A stretch of DNA of 27,730 nt from Aestuariivirgaceae bacterium (GTDB lineage: Bacteria; Pseudomonadota; Alphaproteobacteria; Rhizobiales; Aestuariivirgaceae). Where the stretch lies: positions 1-27,730 of the forward strand of contig JANQIR010000128.1 in the NCBI GenBank assembly GCA_028282065.1. Direction: 5' to 3'. The notes below the pieces were generated by a model. The model searched no databases and had not been told where the DNA came from. It was given only the letters and a program-made list of their open reading frames with translations. Numbering within the stretch: the stretch's first letter is position 1; the number at the start of each line of letters is the position of its first letter. The position numbers and the translations under genes were made by a program. Of the stretch, positions 8,542 through 17,474 are shown one piece after another.

Positions 8542-9928
8542 GGCGGCGCCTTACATATTTTACGGACAGACGACGTCGCTGTGCGAGACCTGTCATGCGC
8601 TGGTGCCGGCCAAGATCATCGTCGAAGACAATGCTGTTTACTACCTTAAGCGCTGCCGCGAACACGGCGTGCAGCGTACGCTTGTCTCATCGGATGCGGC
8701 CTATTACCGGCTCTGTCAGGACTATCTGAAGCCAGGTGACCGGCCACTCACCGCACAGACGGCGACCAACTACGGCTGCCCTTATGATTGCGGATTGTGT
8801 CCGGACCACGAGCAGCATTCCTGTCTGGCGCTGCTTGATGTCAACGATGAGTGCAATCTGACCTGCCCTGTGTGCTTTGCGGACTCAAGCCCGCGGCGCA
8901 AGGCCCACAAGAGCCTTGACGAGATTGCCCGTATGCTCGATGCGCTGGTGGAAAGTGAGGGCGAGCCGGACCTGCTGCAGATCTCTGGCGGCGAGCCGAC
9001 ATTGCACCCCGACATTCTCGACATCATACGGATGGCAAAAGCCAGGCCGATCCGGCACATCATGCTCAATACGAACGGATTGCGCATTGCGCAGGATGCC
9101 GACTTCGTCAAGGCGCTTGCGGAATTCAAACCGGGTTTTGAAGTCTATCTGCAGTTCGACTCGCTCAAACCTTCGGCACTGAAGACCCTGCGCGGTGCCG
9201 ATCTGACGCGCATCCGGTACCAGGCTCTGGAGGCACTGGAGCGGGAGGAACTTTCGACCACGCTGGTTTGCGTCATGAAGCGCGGGATCAATGACGACGA
9301 GACGGGCGAGATCATCGAGCATGCGCTGCAATGGAGCTGCGTGCGTGGTGTGACGTTCCAGCCGATCCAGGACGCCGGCCGCAACGACGGGTTCGACGCC
9401 AAGCGCGACCGTATGGTGCTGTCGGATATTCGGACCTCGATTGCTAAGAGTTCGGCGCCTTTCGATGCTGCCGACATCATTCCCCTGCCGTGCAATCCGG
9501 AGTCGATTGCGATTGGTTATGCCTTGCGGTCAGGCAACAGGATTGCGCCGATTACCTCGTTCATCCCGCAAGATGTCATCGTGGCCGAAGCGCCCAATGC
9601 CATTACCTTCGAGAAGTACCCGGAGTTGCAGCGGCGGATCTTCGAGTTCTTCTCCCTGTCGACGACACCGGACTGTACGCCTGAACGGTTGGAAGCCCTG
9701 CTGTGCTGTCTGCCGGACGTTCAGATGCCTGAACAGCTCGGCTACGAACATATCTTCCGCATCGCCATCGTGGAGTTTCTGGATGCCTACAATTTCTGTC
9801 TGAGCCGGGTGAAGCGGTCTTGTATCCATTTTCTGACACCCGCGGGGCAGATCATTCCGTTCGATACGTATAACCTGTTTTATCGGGATGGGCGGATCGA
9901 TGACATCAGGCGGGGGCTTGTATCATGA
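8522..9928 (+). CDS. Radical SAM enzyme with N-terminal Cys-rich (zinc-ribbon-like plus CPYDCGLCPDH) extension and C-terminal Cys cluster
   Basis: Canonical CNLTCPVCF (CX3CX2C) 4Fe-4S/SAM motif. GGEP glycine-rich SAM-binding block (ISGGEPTLHP). GGGAGG SD 8 nt upstream of the ATG. Overlaps the Lgt-like stop by 20 nt. Confidence 0.85.
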   Translation: MNVPLRKAAPYIFYGQTTSLCETCHALVPAKIIVEDNAVYYLKRCREHGVQRTLVSSDAAYYRLCQDYLKPGDRPLTAQTATNYGCPYDCGLCPDHEQHSCLALLDVNDECNLTCPVCFADSSPRRKAHKSLDEIARMLDALVESEGEPDLLQISGGEPTLHPDILDIIRMAKARPIRHIMLNTNGLRIAQDADFVKALAEFKPGFEVYLQFDSLKPSALKTLRGADLTRIRYQALEALEREELSTTLVCVMKRGINDDETGEIIEHALQWSCVRGVTFQPIQDAGRNDGFDAKRDRMVLSDIRTSIAKSSAPFDAADIIPLPCNPESIAIGYALRSGNRIAPITSFIPQDVIVAEAPNAITFEKYPELQRRIFEFFSLSTTPDCTPERLEALLCCLPDVQMPEQLGYEHIFRIAIVEFLDAYNFCLSRVKRSCIHFLTPAGQIIPFDTYNLFYRDGRIDDIRRGLVS

Positions 9929-10113
9929 TACGTGTCATTGGCATCATCATGGGGGTTATGCTGGTGTTATTTGGCGGTGGGTGTGGAATTGTCATGCTTG
10001 GATCGGCTTATTCCGCGAATGCCGCAATGGTCTTATGGTGGCTGCTCTGGGGTGGTGTGCCACTGGTTGCCGGCGCATTACTGACCTATTTTGCCTGGCA
10101 TCACAAAAGATGA
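9925..10113 (+). CDS. Small two-TM membrane protein (62 aa) with n-region/h-region/FGGGC lipobox-like N-terminus and a basic C-tail (HHKR)
   Basis: ATGA start/stop overlap with the radical SAM gene, indicating translational coupling. Paralogous to the next ORF. Confidence 0.55.
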   Translation: MIRVIGIIMGVMLVLFGGGCGIVMLGSAYSANAAMVLWWLLWGGVPLVAGALLTYFAWHHKR

Positions 10114-10132
10114 ACGAAAGGGAGCGGCCGCA

Positions 10133-10372
10133 ATGGGCGTTCTTCGGGTCATTGTCGGGATTTTCGCGTCGCTCGTCGCCGTGTTCGCCGGCGGATGTTC
10201 GCTGATCATTTTCGGAATGGGCATTGTGGACTGGTTTTCCGGTTACCAATATGCGTTCATTAACTTCGATGCGATGCTGATTATCGGTGTTTTGCCTGCC
10301 GTGATCGGTGGGCTGGTTGCCCGGGCGTGCTTTCGCAAGCGGCCAAAGACCGGTGAGGGCGACAACAACTAA
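10133..10372 (+). CDS. Small two-TM membrane protein paralog (79 aa) with n-region/h-region/FAGGC motif and basic C-tail (RKRPKTGEGDNN)
   Basis: AAGGGAG SD 8 nt upstream of the ATG at 10133 (track start 10091 lies upstream of the SD). Shares F[GA]GGC-[GS]-[IL][VI][MI][LF]G and a GG-containing second helix with 9925..10113. Confidence 0.55.
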   Translation: MGVLRVIVGIFASLVAVFAGGCSLIIFGMGIVDWFSGYQYAFINFDAMLIIGVLPAVIGGLVARACFRKRPKTGEGDNN

Positions 10373-10482
10373 CGCGCTACAAAATGCACTGTGTTGATTT
10401 TGTCTCCCTGGCGAAGTTCCACCAGACTTTTGGGACACCGAAATATGGTGCGGGCGATATCATCGAATTGTGAGTGACGTCC

Positions 10483-11244
10483 TCACAGACCGCTCAGAAA
10501 CGACACGATGTGGCCGATGACGGGTTTTGGGTTCGTTACAGGTGACATATGCCCGCCCGCTGCTATCTCGGCACGCGTGGCATGTGGCAGCCGGCTTGCG
10601 ATCAGATCCATGACGGCATGTGCTGCCCGTGTCGTATCGGCTGCGTGAACCAGAAGCACTGGCCACTTGAAATCGTCATAGTCTTCCAGCCGGGTCGTAT
10701 GTCCAAAAGCACCGGGCCATTCATTGGCGACTTTCGGCATGGTATCAGCCACGGCTTTCTGGCGCTCTGCCGGCATGGCGTCCCATGCATCCGGGCCCAT
10801 CCAGTAAGATACGAATCCCTTTGCCGCTGCGGTGTCGTCTCCGGCCCTTGAAAGCGCGACTTGCCGGTCGCGAACGTCCCGTATTTCCGCGAATGCCTGT
10901 TTGTCGCCGGACTGCTCCAGCAAATGAAAGCACACCGGCTCGATCAGCGTCAGGGAGCGTATTGCGTCTGGCTGTTCGAGGGCAGTACGGATAGACAGCA
11001 AGCCGCCATACGAGTGACCGATGAGGTGCACGGGACCGCCGGCATCTGCAACATGCTGGCGTATCCGATGCCGGTCATCCTCATGGCCTAGCGATTCGGC
11101 CTCAGGACTCTCATTGCCGTAGCCGCACAGGTTCGGGGCGATGACCCGGTATTGCCCGGCCACCGCTTCGACAAGGCCACGCCACTGCCGGCTTGAGCTG
11201 GCGCTGCTGTGCACCAGAACGACGGGTTCACCGCTTCCCTCCAT
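10483..11244 (-). CDS. Alpha/beta-fold hydrolase
   Basis: VVLVHSSASS (HG-like oxyanion region), nucleophile elbow IGHSYGG, and a C-terminal His. ATG at 11244; the track's GTG at 11268 is also possible. Confidence 0.75.
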   Translation of the reverse strand: MEGSGEPVVLVHSSASSSRQWRGLVEAVAGQYRVIAPNLCGYGNESPEAESLGHEDDRHRIRQHVADAGGPVHLIGHSYGGLLSIRTALEQPDAIRSLTLIEPVCFHLLEQSGDKQAFAEIRDVRDRQVALSRAGDDTAAAKGFVSYWMGPDAWDAMPAERQKAVADTMPKVANEWPGAFGHTTRLEDYDDFKWPVLLVHAADTTRAAHAVMDLIASRLPHATRAEIAAGGHMSPVTNPKPVIGHIVSFLSGL

Positions 11245-11464
11245 GATCACATCCTGCAATTCCGGCACCCTTGCTCACAGCCACCGGGCGGATCTATTGA
11301 CCGCCAGATCGTCCGTTCTCACCTTAGCCCATAATGGCAGCTTGGAATGCCTCCGTTTCAGAAAGGCAAAAGCCATGTGCTGCAATCCGTTGCGATTGGC
11401 ATTTGGTTTGGTTAAAAGCCGGGCAGCACATTTCCCGACTGTTTAACTGGAAGGAACTCGCCGG

Positions 11465-13120
11465 ATGGCGCGGCAATTCATCTATCACATGCACGGCCTG
11501 TCCAAGACCTATTCGGGCGGCAAAAAGGTCCTTGAGAACATCAACCTGTCCTTCTATCCCGACGCCAAAATCGGCGTGCTCGGCCCCAACGGCGCGGGCA
11601 AGTCGACCCTGTTGCGGATTATGGCAGGGCTCGACAAGGAGTTTTCCGGCGAAGCCTGGCTGGCAGACGGGGCCACGGTGGGGTACCTGCCCCAGGAGCC
11701 GGAGTTGGACGAGAGCAAGGACGTGCTCGGCAATGTCATGGAGGGCGTTGCCGAAAAGCAGGCCATTCTTGACCGCTACAACGAACTGATGATGAATTAC
11801 AGCGATGAAACAGCGGAAGAGGGTGCCAGGCTGCAGGACCTGATCGACAGTCAAAACCTGTGGGACCTTGATGCCCAGGTCGAACAGGCGATGGATGCCT
11901 TGCGCTGCCCGCCCGGCGATGCTGACGTCTCGAAGCTGTCGGGTGGCGAACGCCGCCGCGTGGCGCTAACCAAACTTTTGCTGTCCAAACCCGACCTTAT
12001 CCTGCTTGATGAGCCGACCAATCATCTCGATGCGGAATCGGTCAACTGGCTTGAGCATCACTTGCGTGAGTATCCCGGGGCGATCCTGATCGTCACCCAT
12101 GACCGGTACTTCCTTGACAATGTCACCGGCTGGATCCTCGAGCTGGATCGGGGCAGGGGCATACCCTACGAAGGCAACTACTCGGCCTATCTGGAGCAGA
12201 AATCCAAACGGTTCAAGCAGGAGGCCCGGGAGGACGCAGCGCGGCAACGGGTGCTGGACCGCGAGCGCGAATGGATCGCGGCCTCACCGCGCGCCCGGCA
12301 GGCCAAGTCGAAGGCGCGGATCAAGGCTTATGACGAGTTGGTGCGAACCAATGAAGAGCGCATGAAATCGTCATCAGCGCAGATTGTCATTCCACCGGGT
12401 GAACGGCTTGGGTCCGTGGTGATCGAAGTTGACGGCCTCAAGAAGGCCTTTGGCGACAAGCTGCTGATCGATGCCTTGTCCTTCAAGCTGCCGGCGGGCG
12501 GTATCGTTGGCGTGATCGGTGCAAACGGCGCCGGTAAGACCACGTTGTTCCGGATGCTGACGGGACAGGAGCAGCCGGACAGCGGGGATATCAGGCTGGG
12601 TGAGACCGTGCATTTGGGATATGTCGACCAATCGCGCGATGCGCTGGATGGCAATCGGTCGGTGTGGGAGGAGATATCGGGTGGTAACGATATCATCCAC
12701 CTTGGGAAACGTGAGGTGAATTCAAGGGCTTACACGTCTGCCTTCAACTTCCGTGGTGGCGATCAACAGCAAAAGGTCGGTTCTCTGTCCGGTGGGCAGC
12801 GCAATCGCGTGCATCTGGCCAAGATGCTGAAATCAGGTGCTAACGTACTGTTGCTCGACGAGCCGACAAATGACCTGGATACTGAAACGCTCGCAGCGCT
12901 GGAAGAGGCGTTAGAGGAGTTTGCCGGCTGTGCGGTGATCATCAGCCACGACCGGATGTTCCTTGACCGGCTGGCCACCCATATTCTGGCATTTGAGGGT
13001 GATAGCCATGTCGAGTGGTTCGAGGGTAACTTCGAAGATTACGAGGAAGACAAAAAGAGGCGGCTGGGCGAGGATGCCGTGATGCCGAAGCGGATCAAGT
13101 ACAAGCAGTTTTCCAGATAG
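11465..13120 (+). CDS. ettA: Energy-dependent translational throttle protein EttA (ABC-F family ATPase, two ABC domains, no TMD)
   Basis: 551 aa. N-terminus [55 protein letters not shown] is near-identical in pattern to E. coli EttA/YjjK. Two Walker A motifs ([18 protein letters not shown]) and two LSGG signatures. Confidence 0.9.
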   Translation: MARQFIYHMHGLSKTYSGGKKVLENINLSFYPDAKIGVLGPNGAGKSTLLRIMAGLDKEFSGEAWLADGATVGYLPQEPELDESKDVLGNVMEGVAEKQAILDRYNELMMNYSDETAEEGARLQDLIDSQNLWDLDAQVEQAMDALRCPPGDADVSKLSGGERRRVALTKLLLSKPDLILLDEPTNHLDAESVNWLEHHLREYPGAILIVTHDRYFLDNVTGWILELDRGRGIPYEGNYSAYLEQKSKRFKQEAREDAARQRVLDREREWIAASPRARQAKSKARIKAYDELVRTNEERMKSSSAQIVIPPGERLGSVVIEVDGLKKAFGDKLLIDALSFKLPAGGIVGVIGANGAGKTTLFRMLTGQEQPDSGDIRLGETVHLGYVDQSRDALDGNRSVWEEISGGNDIIHLGKREVNSRAYTSAFNFRGGDQQQKVGSLSGGQRNRVHLAKMLKSGANVLLLDEPTNDLDTETLAALEEALEEFAGCAVIISHDRMFLDRLATHILAFEGDSHVEWFEGNFEDYEEDKKRRLGEDAVMPKRIKYKQFSR

Positions 13121-13227
13121 CGCAAATCTTGAGCGGTCGTGATTGATGGCAGAGTGATTAGCGCATAAGCTTTCCTTCGGCGGAATTTAACCGGTCCTGG
13201 TGGGCGTATCTGCCCGCCATCCGCCGA

Positions 13228-13626
13228 TTGAGGTTTGATGCTGACGTGACAGACAGCGGGCAATATGGCCGCAGTGTGTTGACGCTGGAGGCTTGGCGTG
13301 TGCGCGTCCTGGAGCATGTTGTGCTGCTGGCTGACGAGGCCTTTCAGCGCCGGGCATGGTTCTATGAAGGCCCGGAGATGAGTTCTCCGGAACAGGACTA
13401 TGCGGCGCTGTTCGATGTGGCCTTGTTCGATGAATTTGTCGAAATGCCAGCCAATCTGCTTACTCTGGATCAAAGGCGGGCAGGTCAGAGGCTTTGCCGC
13501 CTGCTGGACGAGTTCTTTGAACCGGTACGTGGTGAGTTCGCGCAGGCTGAGGAGGTCATAGAGGATCCACGCTGGTATGAGATCCGCCGCGCAGCAAAAC
13601 AGTTCGTTGAGAGTATGAAGAACTGA
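13228..13626 (+). CDS. Hypothetical small acidic protein
   Basis: 132-aa ORF with good GC3 codon bias. There is no in-frame ATG near the 5' end (TTG/GTG start), so the start is uncertain. Confidence 0.45.
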   Translation: MRFDADVTDSGQYGRSVLTLEAWRVRVLEHVVLLADEAFQRRAWFYEGPEMSSPEQDYAALFDVALFDEFVEMPANLLTLDQRRAGQRLCRLLDEFFEPVRGEFAQAEEVIEDPRWYEIRRAAKQFVESMKN

Positions 13627-13662
13627 TCGCGCGGGGACCGGGGCCTCCCGGTGCGTAGTGCC

Positions 13663-14262
13663 TTAAAACAGAAAAGCCATGGCCACCACCGCCAGCATGG
13701 CGATGGCCATCAAGATGTTGATGAGCCGGTTCATCCATGCCGACAATGCCATTTGCTTGAGCTTCGCTCCGGCATAGAGCCAAACCATGTGGATTGGAAA
13801 TGACAGCACGACGATGATTACGAACTTGATCGCACATTCCACCACGATACTGTCCGGCCAGAAGGCAAATCCTGAAAACAGCGTTGTATTGACCGCATAG
13901 GCCTTGGGGTTGATCGCCTGCAAGGCGACGCCGTTCATGAAGCCGGGCGCCCGTGTGGCGGCAACGAACGCAACTTTAGACCCTGACGCCGCGATGCGTA
14001 TAGCGAGATAGACAAGGTAGGCGGCCGATGCGATCAGAAGAACTTCACGAACATATGGTACCGCAAACACTGCCGCGGCCAGGCCGGTTGCGACGGCGAG
14101 ACCGACAATCTGGGCACCGACGACAAGCCCGGTCAGATAGGGCATGCCGGCGCGGAATCCAAAACCCGATCCGATCCCGGCGGTGGATAGCACGCCGGGT
14201 CCCGGTGTTATCAGCATGAAGAACACTGCAGCGGCAAAGGATATCACGCCGGATGCCACCAT
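13663..14262 (-). CDS. LysE/RhtB-family amino-acid exporter
   Basis: 199 aa and 6 TM. N-terminal FMLITPGPG motif characteristic of LysE/RhtB translocators. Confidence 0.8.
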   Translation of the reverse strand: MVASGVISFAAAVFFMLITPGPGVLSTAGIGSGFGFRAGMPYLTGLVVGAQIVGLAVATGLAAAVFAVPYVREVLLIASAAYLVYLAIRIAASGSKVAFVAATRAPGFMNGVALQAINPKAYAVNTTLFSGFAFWPDSIVVECAIKFVIIVVLSFPIHMVWLYAGAKLKQMALSAWMNRLINILMAIAMLAVVAMAFLF

Positions 14263-15383
14263 TTGCCGGCCAAAACGACCCCTTGCGATGTGATGCGCCT
14301 GTCGCCGGTCAGGTGCTCGCCGGTGACATCCAAATAGTCGAATGTCCCATCGTCAACGCTCAGGATGGTGGCATCTCCAGGAGCTCCCGGTTTGAAGGTG
14401 CCAAGTTCCAGCCTTTTCAGGGCGTTTGCGGCGTTCTGTGTGGATGCCTTGATGACGTCGTTCAGTGTCATTCCAAGGCAAAGCATCTTCGACATTGTGG
14501 TTACCTGGTCGAAGGCCGGTCCATTGATGCACAGTTTGTGGACGTCTGAGGAAATGGTATCGGGTTCGAAGCCGTTGGCCAGCATGGCGCGGGCGGTTTT
14601 GAAGGAAAACGATCCCATGCCATGGCCGATGTCGAATAGCACGCCGCGCTGTCTTGCATCGCGCACCGCCGGCTTCACCGTGCCCTGAACGGTTGCTGGT
14701 GAGTTGGGAAACGGGCGAAAGCAGTGTGTCAGGATATCTCCCGGCCCAAGCCGTTCGAGCACTTCCTCGTAGGACGGCGGCGGTTCGTCGATATGTGCCA
14801 TGAGCGGCAGGCCTGTTTCGTCGGCTACCTGACGGGCAAATTCAAGCGGTGTAATCCCAAGCGAGCCGGATGCGTGGCGGCCGACCCGGACTTTGATGCC
14901 GACAATGAGATCCCGGTTCGCCTCGGCCACCTCTACGGCTTCTGCCGGGGCCATCATGCGAACGTCTTCGCTCTCGCCGACATGGACGTTCCAGTCGAAC
15001 CCGAAGATTCCGGCAAAGGACACATGCAGAAAGGCCAGGATGCGCACTTGGCTGGGTTCGATGACGTGTTTTCTGAAGCCTGCGAAATTGCCCGGTCCCG
15101 CCGATCCGGTGTCAATCGCAGTCGTGACACCGCTGGTGCGGCAGAATTCTTCCGCGTCGATGCCGAGTGACGTTCCGCCCCAGTAAACGTGAGTGTGCAG
15201 GTCGATCAGTCCGGGACAGACGATCCGGCCGGCAACATCACGTATCTCGGTGGTTGGTCCGGCCTCCAGTTCGGGTGCGATGGCCGCGACCTTGCCGTTT
15301 GAAAAGGCGATCGCGGCTTCCTCATCAAGGTCCTGCGAAGGGTCGATTACCCTGCCGCCACGCAATATCAGGTCATAGGCCAT
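14244..15383 (-). CDS. Amidohydrolase-superfamily metallohydrolase (dihydroorotase / D-aminoacylase-like)
   Basis: GLIDLHTHV metal-binding HxH motif, further His/Asp ligands, and about 380 aa. Start is probably the ATG at 15383 (MAYDLILRGGRVIDP); the track ORF extends to 15425. Confidence 0.75.
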   Translation of the reverse strand: MAYDLILRGGRVIDPSQDLDEEAAIAFSNGKVAAIAPELEAGPTTEIRDVAGRIVCPGLIDLHTHVYWGGTSLGIDAEEFCRTSGVTTAIDTGSAGPGNFAGFRKHVIEPSQVRILAFLHVSFAGIFGFDWNVHVGESEDVRMMAPAEAVEVAEANRDLIVGIKVRVGRHASGSLGITPLEFARQVADETGLPLMAHIDEPPPSYEEVLERLGPGDILTHCFRPFPNSPATVQGTVKPAVRDARQRGVLFDIGHGMGSFSFKTARAMLANGFEPDTISSDVHKLCINGPAFDQVTTMSKMLCLGMTLNDVIKASTQNAANALKRLELGTFKPGAPGDATILSVDDGTFDYLDVTGEHLTGDRRITSQGVVLAGKWWHPA

Positions 15384-15399
15384 TGCATTCTCGTGCTGT

Positions 15400-15894
15400 T
15401 CACGGAGCACCGCTACCTGGGTCATCGATAGTTGCGATCCAGGGTTTCACGTCTATCAGCGGCGTTCCATCGAGGCAGTCAATGGCATCGATGTGCAATA
15501 TTCCGGATGCCGGATCGATGTTCACCAGTTTGACTGCCGAGAGCGCAACTGGGTTTGGCCTGACAGGCGAGCGCAATGCAAACGCGCCTCTTGGTTCGGT
15601 GGTATGGCGCGGTGCCTGGACAATGAGGTCGCGGCGTGCCTCGTGCATCCAATAAAGCACGACAATCGGGGCTCCCGGCTCTAACCCTTGCAGACCGGAA
15701 CGCCAGGGTTCATCGATTTCCAGCGAAGCTGCCTTGCCGCGCTCACGTGCAATACGAATATTCTTCGGGCACTGGTCGCGGGTTTTCCAGGGTGTGCGTA
15801 CGCGCCCAATGAAGACGATACCGGCGTCAGGCTGCATGTCGGCGGGGTCCTGTTGCGCTGCTATCTCCCCGGGTCGTTGGTCATAGGCGTTCAT
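15400..15894 (-). CDS. trmO: TsaA/YaeB-family (TrmO-like) SAM-dependent tRNA methyltransferase
   Basis: IGRVRTPW motif plus a conserved C-terminal region typical of UPF0066/YaeB. Immediately upstream of the amidohydrolase and co-directional with it. Confidence 0.65.
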   Translation of the reverse strand: MNAYDQRPGEIAAQQDPADMQPDAGIVFIGRVRTPWKTRDQCPKNIRIARERGKAASLEIDEPWRSGLQGLEPGAPIVVLYWMHEARRDLIVQAPRHTTEPRGAFALRSPVRPNPVALSAVKLVNIDPASGILHIDAIDCLDGTPLIDVKPWIATIDDPGSGAP

Positions 15895-15977
15895 ATTGTG
15901 GCCGATCTGTTGATGCGGTGATAATGGGTTGATTGCGCAAGAGCATCCGGCAAGCGCGGCAAGATAAGGGGTTCGAG

Positions 15978-16691
15978 GTGAGACTTGATATATCCGATAT
16001 CTGCAGAGACTTTCCAGACTTCAAAGTGGCGGTTATCGTTGCGCGCAACCTTGCCATCCCGCAGGAACGGCCGGCCGGATTGGTGGCCATGATTGCGGAG
16101 CGTGAGGCGCAATGCCGGGCAGACTGGGCAGGTTACGAATTGTCGGGCATACCCGGCATTGCCGTTTGGCGGCAGGCCTACCGGCAGTTTGGCATCAAGA
16201 AAACCTCTTATCGGTGCTCGGTGGAGCGCCTTGTAAAGAACATGTTGGCGGACCGTTCTTTGCCGTGGATCAACGCGTTTGTGGATGCCTATAACGCCGT
16301 GTCCATTTCACATGTTTTTCCACTGGGCGCCGATGACCTTGACAAGATCGAAGGCGATCTCTTCTTCCGCTATGCCCGCCCGCAGGACAGTTTCATACCG
16401 CTGGGCCGCGCGGAGGAGGGTGAAGACCCGCCGAAGGTAGGCGAGGTGGTCTACACGGATGAAGCCAAGGTCCTGTGCCGCCGGTGGAACTGGTATCAGG
16501 ATCACCGCTCTCCGGTCACTACCGATACAGTTCGCGCGGTATTGACGGTTCAATCCAACGGTTGGAGGCAACTTGACGCGGCGGTCGAGGATGCGGTCCG
16601 GCTTATTGAGACCTATTGTGATGGCGAGTGTAATGTGGTGCTCGCGAGCGCCACGGAGCCCACCGTGTCTTTGCCGGGAGTGTGGACATGA
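15978..16691 (+). CDS. B3/4 domain protein (PheT B3/B4-like, PF03483)
   Basis: DISDICRDFPDFKVAVIVARNL matches the characteristic N-terminal FPDFxIGVV block. GTG at 15978 with AAGGGG 6 nt upstream; the track start 15933 is an alternative. Stop overlaps the next gene (ATGA). Confidence 0.7.
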   Translation: MRLDISDICRDFPDFKVAVIVARNLAIPQERPAGLVAMIAEREAQCRADWAGYELSGIPGIAVWRQAYRQFGIKKTSYRCSVERLVKNMLADRSLPWINAFVDAYNAVSISHVFPLGADDLDKIEGDLFFRYARPQDSFIPLGRAEEGEDPPKVGEVVYTDEAKVLCRRWNWYQDHRSPVTTDTVRAVLTVQSNGWRQLDAAVEDAVRLIETYCDGECNVVLASATEPTVSLPGVWT

Positions 16692-17464
16692 GCCAGCCGA
16701 AAGCGGTTTCCATTGAACGACGGGACAACATCGCCATTGTCCGGCTTGACCGGGGCGGGCAGGCCAATGCCATGTCCTTCGCCATCATGGACGAGTTGGC
16801 TGAAGCCGCGCGCAGCTTTGAGCGTGACGCGTCGGTGGTTGCGGTGGTTCTGACGGGAACGGACCGGATATTCTCCGCCGGGATGGACTTGCGGGATCCG
16901 GCCTTCGACCGTCTGGATGAAATGACGTTGAACGAGCGCTTGATGCTGGCCGAGCATGGGCCACGTCTGGCGCGGGCGTGGGCGTCCATGGAGCCGGTCA
17001 CGATCTGCGCTATCGAGGGGCCATGTCTGGCGGGCGGACTGGCGCTTGCCGCCATGATGGATTTCCGTGTTGCTTCAGCGTCGGCACGGTTCGGCGCGCC
17101 GGAAGTCAAGGTTGCCCACAATATGGGCTGGCACTCGGTTCCCAGACTGGTCCGTCTGGTTGGAGTTCAGGCGACAAGGCGTGTGCTGCTGGCGGGCGAA
17201 GAATGGTATAGCGACGATGCCATGAAACTCGGCTTCGTCGATCAGATCGCCGAAGACGGCCAGGCTTTGCGCGATGCATTGGCGCTGGCCGGTCGCATTG
17301 CGTCTTATCCCGCGACCGCCGTCAGGATGATCAAGCGGCAGATCAATGCGGCCGCGCACCTTGAGGACACAGGTATCAGCGCCATGGACAAGGACCAGCA
17401 ACTGGTTGCCTGGATGTCAGACGACTTCAAGGCCGTGCGGGCGCAGTTCAAGAAACGGAATTGA
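16688..17464 (+). CDS. Enoyl-CoA hydratase/isomerase (crotonase) family protein
   Basis: VVLTGTDRIFSAGMDL oxyanion-hole region and ICAIEGPCLAGGLALAAMMDFRV. GGGAGTG SD upstream of the ATG at 16688. Confidence 0.85.
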   Translation: MSQPKAVSIERRDNIAIVRLDRGGQANAMSFAIMDELAEAARSFERDASVVAVVLTGTDRIFSAGMDLRDPAFDRLDEMTLNERLMLAEHGPRLARAWASMEPVTICAIEGPCLAGGLALAAMMDFRVASASARFGAPEVKVAHNMGWHSVPRLVRLVGVQATRRVLLAGEEWYSDDAMKLGFVDQIAEDGQALRDALALAGRIASYPATAVRMIKRQINAAAHLEDTGISAMDKDQQLVAWMSDDFKAVRAQFKKRN

Positions 17465-17474
17465 GCCGCAGCGA

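Noticed and set aside
9925-10372. Interpretation of the two small 2-TM proteins with basic tails as a holin/antiholin lysis pair
   Set aside because: There is no endolysin, spanin or phage structural gene nearby. The proteins are translationally coupled to a radical SAM gene rather than a lysis cassette. Kept only as an alternative in the findings.
10469-10487. Hairpin TGTGAG-tgacgtc-CTCACA between the small-protein operon and the convergent hydrolase gene
   Set aside because: It overlaps the hydrolase stop codon and lacks a U-tract on either strand. Not convincing as a terminator, possibly just a palindromic TGACGTCA-centred site.
11324-11854. 176-aa minus-strand ORF overlapping ettA
   Set aside because: The plus-strand EttA assignment is unambiguous (two Walker A, two LSGG); the antisense ORF is a shadow.
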